Of a stretch of 64,000 nucleotides of DNA, positions 44,609 to 54,092 are shown in pieces. The stretch's first letter is position 1, and each line of letters begins with the position of its first letter. The position numbers were made by a program, and so were the translations under genes. Source of the DNA: Patescibacteria group bacterium (GTDB taxonomy: Bacteria; Patescibacteriota; Patescibacteriia; Patescibacteriales; UBA12465); assembly GCA_041651095.1 (NCBI GenBank), contig JBAZJV010000003.1, positions 16,293 through 80,292 on the forward strand, written 5' to 3'. The notes beneath the pieces are model-generated. The model was not told the origin of the DNA. It ran no database searches and worked only from the letters and a program-made list of their open reading frames with translations.

Positions 44609-45694
44609 ATGCGCATAGCATTTATCGGACAAAAAGGCATACCCGCCCATAACGGCGGCGTCGAAAGATATGTCGAAAGTTTAGCTTTGAATCTGGCCTC
44701 TTTAGGCCAGAAAGTTTTGGTTTATAATCGCCGCGATTATCTGCCGGAGAGGCTGCGCGAATATAAAGGCGTGGAGATTATCAATAAAACTTATCTGCCG
44801 GGCAAGAACCTGGCCGCCATTACTCATACTTTCTTAGCCATTCTGGATGTCTTATGGCGCCGGGTTGATGTTATTCATTTCCAAGGCATCGGCCCTTCCC
44901 TCCTGATTTGGCTGCCTAAGCTCTTGCGGCCGCGCCTGAAAGTAGTCGCTACTTTACATAGCTTCGATTACTGTAATGACAAGTGGAGCGGTTTTGCCAA
45001 AGTGATGCTGCGCCTGGGCGAGCGCTTGATGTGCCGCTATGGCGATCAGGTCATCGTCCTGACCCAGACCATGCAGCAATATGTCCGGGAAAAGTACGGA
45101 CGTGAAACCATTTTGATCCCTAACGGCGCCAATCTATATGACGAGAGCGGTGAAGACCGGATCCGGGCCTGGGGCTTGAGCCGGGGCAATTATATCTTGA
45201 GCGTTTCCCGCATCATCAAGCTAAAAGGCCTGCAGTATCTGATCGCCGCTTTTAAGAATATCAAAACCGATAAGAAATTAGTCATTGTCGGCGCCGGCGA
45301 ATATTTATCCGAATTGGAGCAACTGGCCGCCGGCGACGACCGGATCATTTTTACCGGCAATCAGCACGGCCGGATCCTGGATCAGCTGTACGCTAACGCC
45401 CATCTGTTTGTCCAGGCTTCCGAGATGGAAGGTTTGTCGATTTCCCTGCTGGAGGCGATGGCGCATAAGACGGCCTGCCTGGCCAGCGATATTTCAGCTA
45501 ACACCGAGGCGTTAGCCGGCACGGGCTTTACTTTCAATAACCGCGACCGCATCGACCTGGAACACAAGTTGGAGGAACTTTTAACCGATAATCCAGAAAT
45601 CGCCGCCAAAGCGCAGGCGGCTTACGATCGGATCAAGGCCGATTTTACCTGGGCGTTGGTGGCTAAGCGGATTTTGGAAGTTTATCAAAAATAA
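44609..45694 (+). CDS. GT4-family glycosyltransferase
   Basis: 361 aa. MRIAFIGQKGIPAHNGGVERYVE start and a C-terminal E..G.S.LEAMA motif. Confidence 0.8.
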   Translation: MRIAFIGQKGIPAHNGGVERYVESLALNLASLGQKVLVYNRRDYLPERLREYKGVEIINKTYLPGKNLAAITHTFLAILDVLWRRVDVIHFQGIGPSLLIWLPKLLRPRLKVVATLHSFDYCNDKWSGFAKVMLRLGERLMCRYGDQVIVLTQTMQQYVREKYGRETILIPNGANLYDESGEDRIRAWGLSRGNYILSVSRIIKLKGLQYLIAAFKNIKTDKKLVIVGAGEYLSELEQLAAGDDRIIFTGNQHGRILDQLYANAHLFVQASEMEGLSISLLEAMAHKTACLASDISANTEALAGTGFTFNNRDRIDLEHKLEELLTDNPEIAAKAQAAYDRIKADFTWALVAKRILEVYQK

Positions 45695-45789
45695 CAGAAT
45701 AGTTTTTTAGTTCTTTAATGAAGCCCTGCGCCGCAGGGACAAGTTTTTTAACAAATAGATTATTAATCACTAATCTCAAAGGAGTACCA

Positions 45790-46950
45790 ATGAAAAGGTA
45801 TACACTAATTGTGCTAATCATGGCGTTAATGTTGGCCGCTTTCGGCTGCCAGGAAAAGATTCCGGTCGAACCGACTGATACGCCGATCGCTGACGGGCAA
45901 ATTGCCATAAAAGTCAGCAACCTGTACAAAACGGCCAGCGGTGCCGACACGGTAGAAACTGAAAAGTTTCTAAAGACTACTTATCAAGCCATAGCCAAGA
46001 ATGGGGTCAAAATCAATGCTTGGCAATGGACATTCGCCGAGAATAACTATAAATCAGCAAATGATTTGGTGGAGTTCTGGCACAGTCTTGACCCGGGCGC
46101 GGTAACCTCTGTTACGCTGGTCGGAATAGACGAGAGCGGGCAAGCCCACACTACGACTGTTTATATTAAAATAGTCTTTAGTTTGGACGGATTGCCTGGC
46201 TTTACCTGTATTTCTACCGCATCAGCAGCAAACGGTTTCTATAATCTTGTTTTTATCGCCCATAAAAAGGCGTTGCAAGGGGTCTCCGGCGCTTATGGTT
46301 ATTCCGGTAATGTCACTACCCCGTCTTGGACGGTCAAAGTGATTCCACCCGCCGACACCAATTTTAATTATGTAAACGGGTCATTGGTGCCAGCGGATCC
46401 TGGCAGTATTGGCAAATTTGTGGCTATCAGACTTTCTTTAACGCCCGGCAATAATTATCAACTGCCGGTCGGCCGCGTCTCGCCCAGCGGCACCCTTAAT
46501 TGGGGTAGTTTCTGGGGACCGTTTCCGGAAAATAAGTTTTCTTTATCGGATAGCGGTGTCGTTAGCACCATGCCAGCAGCTATTTTGCCGGGCACAGGCG
46601 GAGATACTGGACCGGACGCGGTTATAAGGCACGAAATAGACAGTGTTGGAGTGACTATTTATACTCGCCATTTAAGTCCCTTCAACCATGGGTTCATTCA
46701 GCTGCAGGATTCAGCCGGCGTCTGGCTGGCGCCCTTGGCCGAGTCTCCAGTCGATAATTTTCCAAACTGGGGAAAAATTAAAATCAAATTTGCGGATTTC
46801 CCCATGCTGCAGATATTGATATTCCGTTTTGGGCCAGATATCAATAATATCGCCGCCCTGGCTGAAAATATGCCAGCCAGCGGTTATTGGGATGGCATAT
46901 TTAATTATTTAAAATTAAAAATAGTGCCAGTCCTTGGTAAAAAGCATTAA
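45790..46950 (+). CDS. Lipoprotein, function unknown (AT-richer island)
   Basis: Start moved to MKRYTLIVLIMALMLAAFGC (lipobox) with RBS aaaggag. 386 aa. Confidence 0.5.
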   Translation: MKRYTLIVLIMALMLAAFGCQEKIPVEPTDTPIADGQIAIKVSNLYKTASGADTVETEKFLKTTYQAIAKNGVKINAWQWTFAENNYKSANDLVEFWHSLDPGAVTSVTLVGIDESGQAHTTTVYIKIVFSLDGLPGFTCISTASAANGFYNLVFIAHKKALQGVSGAYGYSGNVTTPSWTVKVIPPADTNFNYVNGSLVPADPGSIGKFVAIRLSLTPGNNYQLPVGRVSPSGTLNWGSFWGPFPENKFSLSDSGVVSTMPAAILPGTGGDTGPDAVIRHEIDSVGVTIYTRHLSPFNHGFIQLQDSAGVWLAPLAESPVDNFPNWGKIKIKFADFPMLQILIFRFGPDINNIAALAENMPASGYWDGIFNYLKLKIVPVLGKKH

Positions 46951-47048
46951 GCCCTCTTAGGTATTAAGCCGTTGAACCAATCAACGGCTTTTTAATAATA
47001 AAAAACCTCCATTCTTGCGTTTGGAGGTCTAAAAAAAGAACTTATAAT

Positions 47049-47801
47049 TTAATTACGATACCAGACAGAATATCCATCTTTTTCTTCCATGGGTTGGTCG
47101 TCCCATGATTTTAAATTATTTCTCATTTCTATATTGGAATATGGTTCCAGTCTTGAGGATTTGACATATATGATTTTTATTAATCCAGTTTCAGGATCTT
47201 TTATGGCTCCATAATCTCCAGTCATTGATGAAGAATAACTTGTGATACGAAGATTGTACCCGGTACCTTGTGGATTTTTGACGGCCTCAGGAATATCTAT
47301 ACCGTTTATCATGGCACTGTGTGGCCAGTAGACAGAATTATCAAGATGCAGGCAGAATTGTACGCTGCCATCATCATCGCAAAGTACATCTTGTACTTTT
47401 GGCGCAGTGTTAACTTTCATAACGGTGTTGACGTTTCCTGTTAGTTCTGATTTCGCTGTAGTTTTAGTTGGATTATTAACCTGGGGGTTGTCAACTTGCT
47501 GTTTAACAACCACCTGCACTACATGTTTGCTTAGCGCTTTAATGGTTTGTTTTTGATCATCTATTAAAGCTGAATCTTTTTTAGTATTGGCCTTCATAAT
47601 TGAATCCTGCAAAGCGAGTTGAGTTTGCAGTTTTTTTAGAGAGTCGGCAATCGGATTAATAGGCGCGGCTGGCTTCGCGATGTTGGTGCTATCAACCGTT
47701 GTTTCGCTAACAGTTGGGGCGTTGTCTTGTAGTTTCAAGTATAGTACGGCCACTAACACCACAAGAACGGCAATTACGATATACGGAATGTACTTTTTCA
47801 T
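47049..47801 (-). CDS. N-terminally anchored hypothetical protein
   Basis: 250 aa. Single TM near the N-terminus, then a coiled or low-complexity linker and a globular C-terminus. Confidence 0.4.
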   Translation of the reverse strand: MKKYIPYIVIAVLVVLVAVLYLKLQDNAPTVSETTVDSTNIAKPAAPINPIADSLKKLQTQLALQDSIMKANTKKDSALIDDQKQTIKALSKHVVQVVVKQQVDNPQVNNPTKTTAKSELTGNVNTVMKVNTAPKVQDVLCDDDGSVQFCLHLDNSVYWPHSAMINGIDIPEAVKNPQGTGYNLRITSYSSSMTGDYGAIKDPETGLIKIIYVKSSRLEPYSNIEMRNNLKSWDDQPMEEKDGYSVWYRN

Positions 47802-47835
47802 GATTACTCCTATGATTTTTTGTTGTATTTTGTGT

Positions 47836-48687
47836 TTAATGAATGAATGTAGCTATATTTAAATTTAGTCCGAATGAAAACTCTTGATTATCTGTTATAT
47901 TGCTCATTTTGTAGTAGCAATATAGCGATAGGAAATCATCTTTGTATGGGCGATGCAAGGCTAATTCTCCGCCGACGGCGTATTTACTTTCCTTGTTCCC
48001 CTTGCTGAAACTGTATAAAGCCGTCAGCTTGGGGCTTAAGAAAAGTTCTCCAATCTTGGCGTTGATTATGCTTTGCCTACCGATGATCTCAACATAGGTT
48101 TTGTCCCAAACATCGCTGGGGATCGTCGCATCGTTCCAAGAAGCCGTTTTTTCTGATTTGAACGGTTTTTGGAAGCTGACGACAACCTGGGTGCGAGGCA
48201 AGATAGCGGCATTGCTTAAAAGATTTAAGTTAATGGTTGTCGCCATTAACCAATCCTTTTGCCGGCCAACGTATTCCCCCCACCGACTACTGCTGGAACC
48301 TTGGTCATCGCTGTATTTTACACCAGCGCTGGCCCCTACGAATAATTGGTATTTGGCGGATAAATCCGCTTTATAATATCCAACGGTAATTCCTCCACCA
48401 TATTCCTTTATATTTCCATCATAACGAGAAATGTTATCTCGGAATGAGGAGATACTGGCTGAACCGTATAAACCGGCAGTCCAGACGCCATTGCTGGATT
48501 TGAACGGCAGGCCATCTACATAAACCCCCTCGTTATGACCGTTGGCGTTGGTATTTTGCTGTTTAGCATAATATCCGCCGAAAGCCACCACGTTGAGGCG
48601 ATCTTGGAATGATTGGCCCAAGATGGGTAGCGACAACATGAGCGTCATCACCACTGCTTCTATGATAATTAGCTTTTTTATTTTCAT
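47836..48687 (-). CDS. Secreted protein with outer-membrane beta-barrel-like sequence pattern
   Basis: 283 aa with a signal peptide. About 10 amphipathic alternating strands (VVAFGGYYA, GITVGYYKADL, YQLFVGASAGVKYS, FSFGLNLNIATF) and an aromatic-rich C-terminus. Confidence 0.4.
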   Translation of the reverse strand: MKIKKLIIIEAVVMTLMLSLPILGQSFQDRLNVVAFGGYYAKQQNTNANGHNEGVYVDGLPFKSSNGVWTAGLYGSASISSFRDNISRYDGNIKEYGGGITVGYYKADLSAKYQLFVGASAGVKYSDDQGSSSSRWGEYVGRQKDWLMATTINLNLLSNAAILPRTQVVVSFQKPFKSEKTASWNDATIPSDVWDKTYVEIIGRQSIINAKIGELFLSPKLTALYSFSKGNKESKYAVGGELALHRPYKDDFLSLYCYYKMSNITDNQEFSFGLNLNIATFIH

Positions 48688-48796
48688 TATGAGCCCCCTC
48701 CTTTAGGGCGGCTATTTATTAAGTTACTTAATTAACTATTTAATTAATTATTGATAAAACAATACGGCTATTTCAGCCGGATCAACCGCATGCTGT

Positions 48797-49573
48797 TTAA
48801 CCCCGGAAAACGTTATTGATATTTCCTTGCGGCCGGAACCCTGGTTCTCCGGCATTGGCCGGATTATCGTTAGCTTCATTCAACGGATAATAATCTAAGG
48901 TCACCGTGTGGCCGACATTCCTGGTCCGCTTCGCTTTGCGCTGCGGCCATAACTTCAAATTATAGCGCTCTTCCGGAAACAGATAAATATAAAACAAAGA
49001 AAGCAGCAAACTGCCGGCCAGCGCCAACAACAGGTTCTGCGGCAAATTCGGTTTTACCGGATAGGTGGAAACCAGCGGTTGATCAATGACGTTGACTTTG
49101 ATCGCCTGTCCGTTGCCTTGGTAATTGCCGTTATTGTTCACCAGTACATCAACTACGGCTAGAGCCAACTGCTGCGCCTGATAAGGGCTGCTGTGATAGA
49201 TATTAATTTCAATGATTCCGGTATCGCTCAGAGTCTTGGTGCTGACCGTCTTCCGCCAGGCTTTTAGCTGGTCATTATAGGTGCCGGAAAAATAATTTTT
49301 ATCAATGTCATAGGTCGAGCCCATCACCAGATTGTAGAAAGAGCCGGAATAGGCCACCTGGGCGAACAGGTTGCCCAGATATTCATTGGATTTGGAAATG
49401 GTATAAGGATCGTTGCCGGTCGTATTCTGAATAACCAGCAGGCGCGATTGGGCGCTATATTTCAAAGGAAACAATAAAGAAATACCCAGGGTCAGGATCA
49501 AAATAATAAAAATCAGGGTGAAGATAGTTCCCCGCTTTCTCTTTAATAGTTTACCAAACTCTGTCAATTCCAT
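48797..49573 (-). CDS. Wzz/chain-length-determinant-like polysaccharide co-polymerase
   Basis: 258 aa. Two TMs bracket a periplasmic-type domain, with an N-terminal LLKRKRGTIFTLIFIILILT pattern. Confidence 0.55.
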   Translation of the reverse strand: MELTEFGKLLKRKRGTIFTLIFIILILTLGISLLFPLKYSAQSRLLVIQNTTGNDPYTISKSNEYLGNLFAQVAYSGSFYNLVMGSTYDIDKNYFSGTYNDQLKAWRKTVSTKTLSDTGIIEINIYHSSPYQAQQLALAVVDVLVNNNGNYQGNGQAIKVNVIDQPLVSTYPVKPNLPQNLLLALAGSLLLSLFYIYLFPEERYNLKLWPQRKAKRTRNVGHTVTLDYYPLNEANDNPANAGEPGFRPQGNINNVFRG

Positions 49574-49727
49574 AAGATTGATAATAGTTAATGTTTAATT
49601 CTAAAACAAATAAATTTATTTGTCAATAGCTAGAAGCTTAAATATATTGACAAATCTTATTAATTCAATTAAAATTGAAAGATTAGGTTTATGTATTAAT
49701 AATTTGTTTAATATTAGATAAATTAGT

Positions 49728-51002
49728 ATGAAAAGGCTAATAATCTTATTATTATTTTTATTGGGAGGCGTGTTTCTTTTGGTGCACAACGGACAAAGCC
49801 AAACCAAATCTTATTACTCCGGCGATGCCGTCAGTTTCCAGGATAAACTCTATGTCGCGACTGCCAATACCGGCAGCCTGGAGCTGTTTAAACTGGAAAA
49901 TAAAGAATTGAAGCAGCTGGCTAAGATCCGTCCCTTCAACCAGACTTTCAATAAGCCCGGTAATTTTTATGACGTCAAGCTTTTTCCGCGGGGCAACCGT
50001 CTCTTCGTCTATGCCATTAGCGACTTCAGCCTGTACGAATACGAAGTGACCGGCGACCAGCTGGTTTTCGTCGCTAGCCAGAAAAATACTTATTGGGAAT
50101 GGTATAACCGGGTGGATCGTTTCGGCGACCGGCTGGTGACGATCAGCGACAAAGGCGTCAAGATTTGGAACGAGGCCCTGGAAGTCATCGGCGGCTCCAA
50201 TGATATCGTCAATAAAACCGCTCCCTATAACTTGCGGGCTTATAATAATAATCAGGTCTTGAACGTTTTGGATAATCAGCTGCTGGTTTACAGCTTAGAC
50301 AAGAATGAGACGGTCGCGAGCATCCCCGTCAATTATAAGAGCAACCCCGGCAATCGCCAAGCTTACCAAGATGCCAGCGGCAACCTATACCTCGTCGATG
50401 ATTATTACACCAAGAAATTCAATCTGGACGGCAAGCTCTTAGGGAGCTTCCGGCACCTGGATTATGCCGGCTATGACGTCGCCGCTTCCGGCCATAGTAA
50501 TGATATTTATTTTTCCAATGGCGTCGGCGTGGTCAAGCTTAGCCAGGACGACCTGAAGTTGCTCGATTACCGTTTTACCGGCGGTTTGGCCGGTCCGCGC
50601 GGCTGGGCCATGGGATTGAAAGCGGTCAGCGTCAGCGGCCGCGATCAGGTAGTCGTCTTCAATAATGCCAATATTCTGGTGCTGGACGATAAGCTGGATA
50701 AAGTAGCTGCTTTCCTGGCTACCGAACAGGAAGACAGCGTGAGCACGGAGAATTTATTTTTGAAACTGGATCGCGGCTTCGGCGGCGCCGGCGCCACGGT
50801 CAACCTGAGCGGTGGCGGCTACTTCTCCAACGAGGATCTGGTAATCGATTTCGCCGGCGTCAAAACCAGCGCCAAAGTCGATACCCGCGGGCGCTTCAGC
50901 CAGTCTCTGACCGTCCCCAGTCTGCCGGCTAAGGTCGTGGATATCAAGGTGGTCGGCGTTTCTTCCCAGCTGAGTTACAGCATTTCCTTTAATATCCAAT
51001 AA
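49728..51002 (+). CDS. Secreted repeat (beta-propeller-like) hypothetical protein
   Basis: 424 aa with a signal peptide and repeated hydrophobic-strand motifs (KLYVATANTGSLELF, RLFVYAISDFSLYEY, NLYLVDDYYTKKF). Confidence 0.4.
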   Translation: MKRLIILLLFLLGGVFLLVHNGQSQTKSYYSGDAVSFQDKLYVATANTGSLELFKLENKELKQLAKIRPFNQTFNKPGNFYDVKLFPRGNRLFVYAISDFSLYEYEVTGDQLVFVASQKNTYWEWYNRVDRFGDRLVTISDKGVKIWNEALEVIGGSNDIVNKTAPYNLRAYNNNQVLNVLDNQLLVYSLDKNETVASIPVNYKSNPGNRQAYQDASGNLYLVDDYYTKKFNLDGKLLGSFRHLDYAGYDVAASGHSNDIYFSNGVGVVKLSQDDLKLLDYRFTGGLAGPRGWAMGLKAVSVSGRDQVVVFNNANILVLDDKLDKVAAFLATEQEDSVSTENLFLKLDRGFGGAGATVNLSGGGYFSNEDLVIDFAGVKTSAKVDTRGRFSQSLTVPSLPAKVVDIKVVGVSSQLSYSISFNIQ

Positions 51003-51102
51003 TCTTCTATAGATTAAATATTTAAAAATCCCGCCTTAACGGCGGGATTTTATTATTGTTAATTGCCGGCTCCGTCGGCCGGAATTTCTGATTAATCGGC
51101 CA

Positions 51103-51732
51103 TCAGATAATGACTGCGACCAGATCGAGGACGAAACCGAGCAGCCGGTTCTTGATGATCCGGTAGTTCTTGATGCCGGCTGCTTGCAGGCAGCGCTCCA
51201 GTTCCCGCCGGCTGAGCAGATTCATGTAATCGCCGGCGGCCCAGCCTTTGCCGACCAATTTGAGATAAGCATCGAACAAGCGCTTGGGCAGGAAATGCAG
51301 CAGCGGCGTCCGGGTATGGATTTCTATCGGGAACATCCGGTTCGGCGTGGTGATGAAGGCCTGCCGGCCGACTCGCTTGATTTCTTGCAAGAAAAATATC
51401 TGGTCTTCCCGGCTGCCCACGTGTTCCAATACGGCGTTAGACCAGACGATATCGAAACTGCGGTCTGGAAATGGAAATCGCCGGCCATCATAAGCAACGG
51501 CTTTGACCTGCGGATAGCGCTTTGAGAATTCTTTCGCCTCATTCAAGCCGAGCGCCGTAATTTTATCCGGCCAAGGATAATTCTTTTCTAGGAAATTGTC
51601 ACTGGCGCTGTATTCTATTTCGGTAAAACCGACGTCCAGGATGGTCGTCCGGGCTTGCGGCCGGAGCAAATCCAGGAATTTCCGGTATTTCCGGCGGCGG
51701 TTAAAAGCGGAGATATTATATGCCAGACTCAT
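51103..51732 (-). CDS. Class I SAM-dependent methyltransferase
   Basis: 209 aa. ILDVGFT motif I-like, and FDIVWSNAVLEHV post-motif typical of Methyltransf_11. Confidence 0.72.
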   Translation of the reverse strand: MSLAYNISAFNRRRKYRKFLDLLRPQARTTILDVGFTEIEYSASDNFLEKNYPWPDKITALGLNEAKEFSKRYPQVKAVAYDGRRFPFPDRSFDIVWSNAVLEHVGSREDQIFFLQEIKRVGRQAFITTPNRMFPIEIHTRTPLLHFLPKRLFDAYLKLVGKGWAAGDYMNLLSRRELERCLQAAGIKNYRIIKNRLLGFVLDLVAVII

Positions 51733-51735
51733 ATT

Positions 51736-52983
51736 TTAGCGCTGATTAGCCGGGCCTTTTAGTAATGACCGGTATACGGCCAAGACTGCTGCCAGGTTTT
51801 GCTGCGGCGAAAAAGCAGCAGCGGTTATTTTAGCGGCTTGGCCCATGGCCGACAAATCCGTTTCCGCCAATTTTTCAATGCACCGCGCCAGATCATCAGC
51901 CTTCCCGGGCGCGAATAAAAATCCGTTTCGGCCGTCAGCGATCACTTCCGGCAGACCGCCGATATTAGAAGCGATAACCGGTTTTCCCAAGCTCAATGCT
52001 TCCAATAAGCTGAGCGGCATATTCTCCGGCCAAATCGAGGGGATGATCGCGGCCTTCGCTCCCGCGATCAAGGCCGATAGTTCAGCGCCGGTTTTTTGTC
52101 CCAAGAATTCCACCGGAGCCTTGAGGGCGCCGGCTAATTGTTTGAGCTTTTCTCCGACCGGACCGCGGCCGGCTATCTTTACGCTTTGTCCGCTCAAGGC
52201 CGCCGCCCGGATCAGCGTATCCAGGCCCTTTTCCTCGGACAAGCGGCCGAAATAAAGCAGATAGCCGCCGTCCTTGAGCTTACCGTCAATGATCGCCGTG
52301 CCGCCGGGCTTTAGCAATTCCGGATTATAACCGTTATAGATTACTTGGATTTTTTCTGCCGGCTGTCCGAAGCTGACTACGATTTCTTTCATGAAGCGGC
52401 TGGGCGCGATAAAGACAGCTATGTTTTTCTCATATATCTTGAGGATGGAATGGTGCAAGTACATTTCCGCCGCCGCCAAAGCGCTGGCTGCGTAAGAATC
52501 CTTAAGGCAGCGGCGGAGAAAGCATTGATAATATCTGTTCGGCCGGCAATGCTCGCAATAAGCGCCGTGCGCGAATAAAGCGTGGTTGGCGCAGATCAGC
52601 TTATAGTCATGCAAATGCATGACTACCGGAATTTTATGCTCTTTGGCCACTGACAATATGGAAGGCGAAAGATGATGGTAAATATTATGCAGGTGGATGA
52701 TTTCCGGTTGGAAATCCTTGACCAGGGCGCTAAATTTACGCTTGGCCTCCAGGCTGTACAATACCCGGCCCGGCGCTTTCAGCTGGTCCTTGAGCCGCCG
52801 GGAGTTGAAACTGATGCGGGAAACGAAATAACGGCTCTCGGGCGCCGGCAGGTTCTGCGGGTGCTGCATCGCGAAAACGGCGACTTCATGCCCGGCTGAG
52901 CGCAGGGCGGCGGCCAGATCCAGGAAGTATTTGTCCGCCCCGCCCCGCGGGTAATGGAATTTATTGACCTGCAATATTTTCAT
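51736..52983 (-). CDS. GT4-family glycosyltransferase
   Basis: 415 aa. N-terminal GGADKY and a C-terminal E...MPLSLLEALSLGKPVIAS GT-B motif. Confidence 0.8.
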   Translation of the reverse strand: MKILQVNKFHYPRGGADKYFLDLAAALRSAGHEVAVFAMQHPQNLPAPESRYFVSRISFNSRRLKDQLKAPGRVLYSLEAKRKFSALVKDFQPEIIHLHNIYHHLSPSILSVAKEHKIPVVMHLHDYKLICANHALFAHGAYCEHCRPNRYYQCFLRRCLKDSYAASALAAAEMYLHHSILKIYEKNIAVFIAPSRFMKEIVVSFGQPAEKIQVIYNGYNPELLKPGGTAIIDGKLKDGGYLLYFGRLSEEKGLDTLIRAAALSGQSVKIAGRGPVGEKLKQLAGALKAPVEFLGQKTGAELSALIAGAKAAIIPSIWPENMPLSLLEALSLGKPVIASNIGGLPEVIADGRNGFLFAPGKADDLARCIEKLAETDLSAMGQAAKITAAAFSPQQNLAAVLAVYRSLLKGPANQR

Positions 52984-54092
52984 ATTAGCCCCTTTGCTGT
53001 TAGCAATTCTTGATATAAATCCTGATAGAGCGCGGCTATCTTCTGGATGTCATAGTCGGCGCTGATTAGCTCGCGCAGGCGTCGCGTTCTATCCCATTGG
53101 GTCGGCCCGTTTAAATCAGCCAGCAAGTCGTCAATCCGGGCGGCTAAAGCCGCCGGGTCGCCGGCCGGCACCGGGTGGCCGGTCTCTTCGGTGACGAGTT
53201 CCTTAATGCCGTCCACCTCGGAAGCGATTACCGGGCAGCCGGTCAAGCCGGCTTCTAGTAGCACCAGGCCCTGCCCTTCCCAAAGCGAAGGCAGGATAAA
53301 GATATCTAAGCGCGACAGGAAGGCGGCCGGATCGGTCACCGCTCCGACTAAGCTCACTCGCTCAGCCAGTCCCGCCGCTTCGATTTGCCGCTGCAGCTCG
53401 TCTCTTAAGGGCCCTTCGCCGGCGATTTGGCACTGCCAGTTCGTATGTTTTATTCTTGCCAGGGCTTGGATCAGAACGGAGTGGCCCTTTTGCGGCACCA
53501 GCCGCCCCAGCGTGCCCAGCGTGGCGGACGATCCGGACTTGACCGCCGCCGGGCGGGGCGGAAAAGCGGCTGGGTCCAGACCGTTTGGAATGATCACGAT
53601 CTTTGATTCCGGCACCCGGTATCTTTGCCGCAGGTCGGTTTTAACAGCCCGGGAAATCGCGATGATGCGATCCGCCCAAGCGCCCGTCCAGCGCTTCAGG
53701 ATATTAGTAAGCCATTTTTCATCCGGATTGACGTTCTGTTCCGTTGATAAAATAACCGGTACCCCCAAAAGCTTGGCGGCCAGGCGGCCGTAAAGGTCGC
53801 CGCCCAACTGGGTATGGACTATCGTCGGCTTTATTCGGCGCAAGATCGTTATGAGGCGCCAGAAATTTCCCGGATCGACCCGATATTTTTTCTCCAGCAC
53901 GATTACCGGCACCCCGGCCGTCGTCGATTCAGTCAGCCAAGGACCGCCGCTCTTGAATAAGATCAGGGTCGGGTCATAAGTTCGCCGGTCCAAATGCAAA
54001 AGCAGGTCGGTCAGGAATTTTTCCGCTCCGCCCCGGGCCAGCGTCGGCATGATGTAGACAATCTTAATTTTGGGTCGTTTCTTTTCGTCCAT
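52980..54092 (-). CDS. GT4-family glycosyltransferase
   Basis: Start moved to MDEKKRPKIKIVYIMPTLARGGAEKF (ATG at 54092). The longer ORF-track start would lie inside the upstream membrane-protein gene. EGQGLVLLEAGLTGCPVIAS motif. Confidence 0.8.
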   Translation of the reverse strand: MDEKKRPKIKIVYIMPTLARGGAEKFLTDLLLHLDRRTYDPTLILFKSGGPWLTESTTAGVPVIVLEKKYRVDPGNFWRLITILRRIKPTIVHTQLGGDLYGRLAAKLLGVPVILSTEQNVNPDEKWLTNILKRWTGAWADRIIAISRAVKTDLRQRYRVPESKIVIIPNGLDPAAFPPRPAAVKSGSSATLGTLGRLVPQKGHSVLIQALARIKHTNWQCQIAGEGPLRDELQRQIEAAGLAERVSLVGAVTDPAAFLSRLDIFILPSLWEGQGLVLLEAGLTGCPVIASEVDGIKELVTEETGHPVPAGDPAALAARIDDLLADLNGPTQWDRTRRLRELISADYDIQKIAALYQDLYQELLTAKGLI

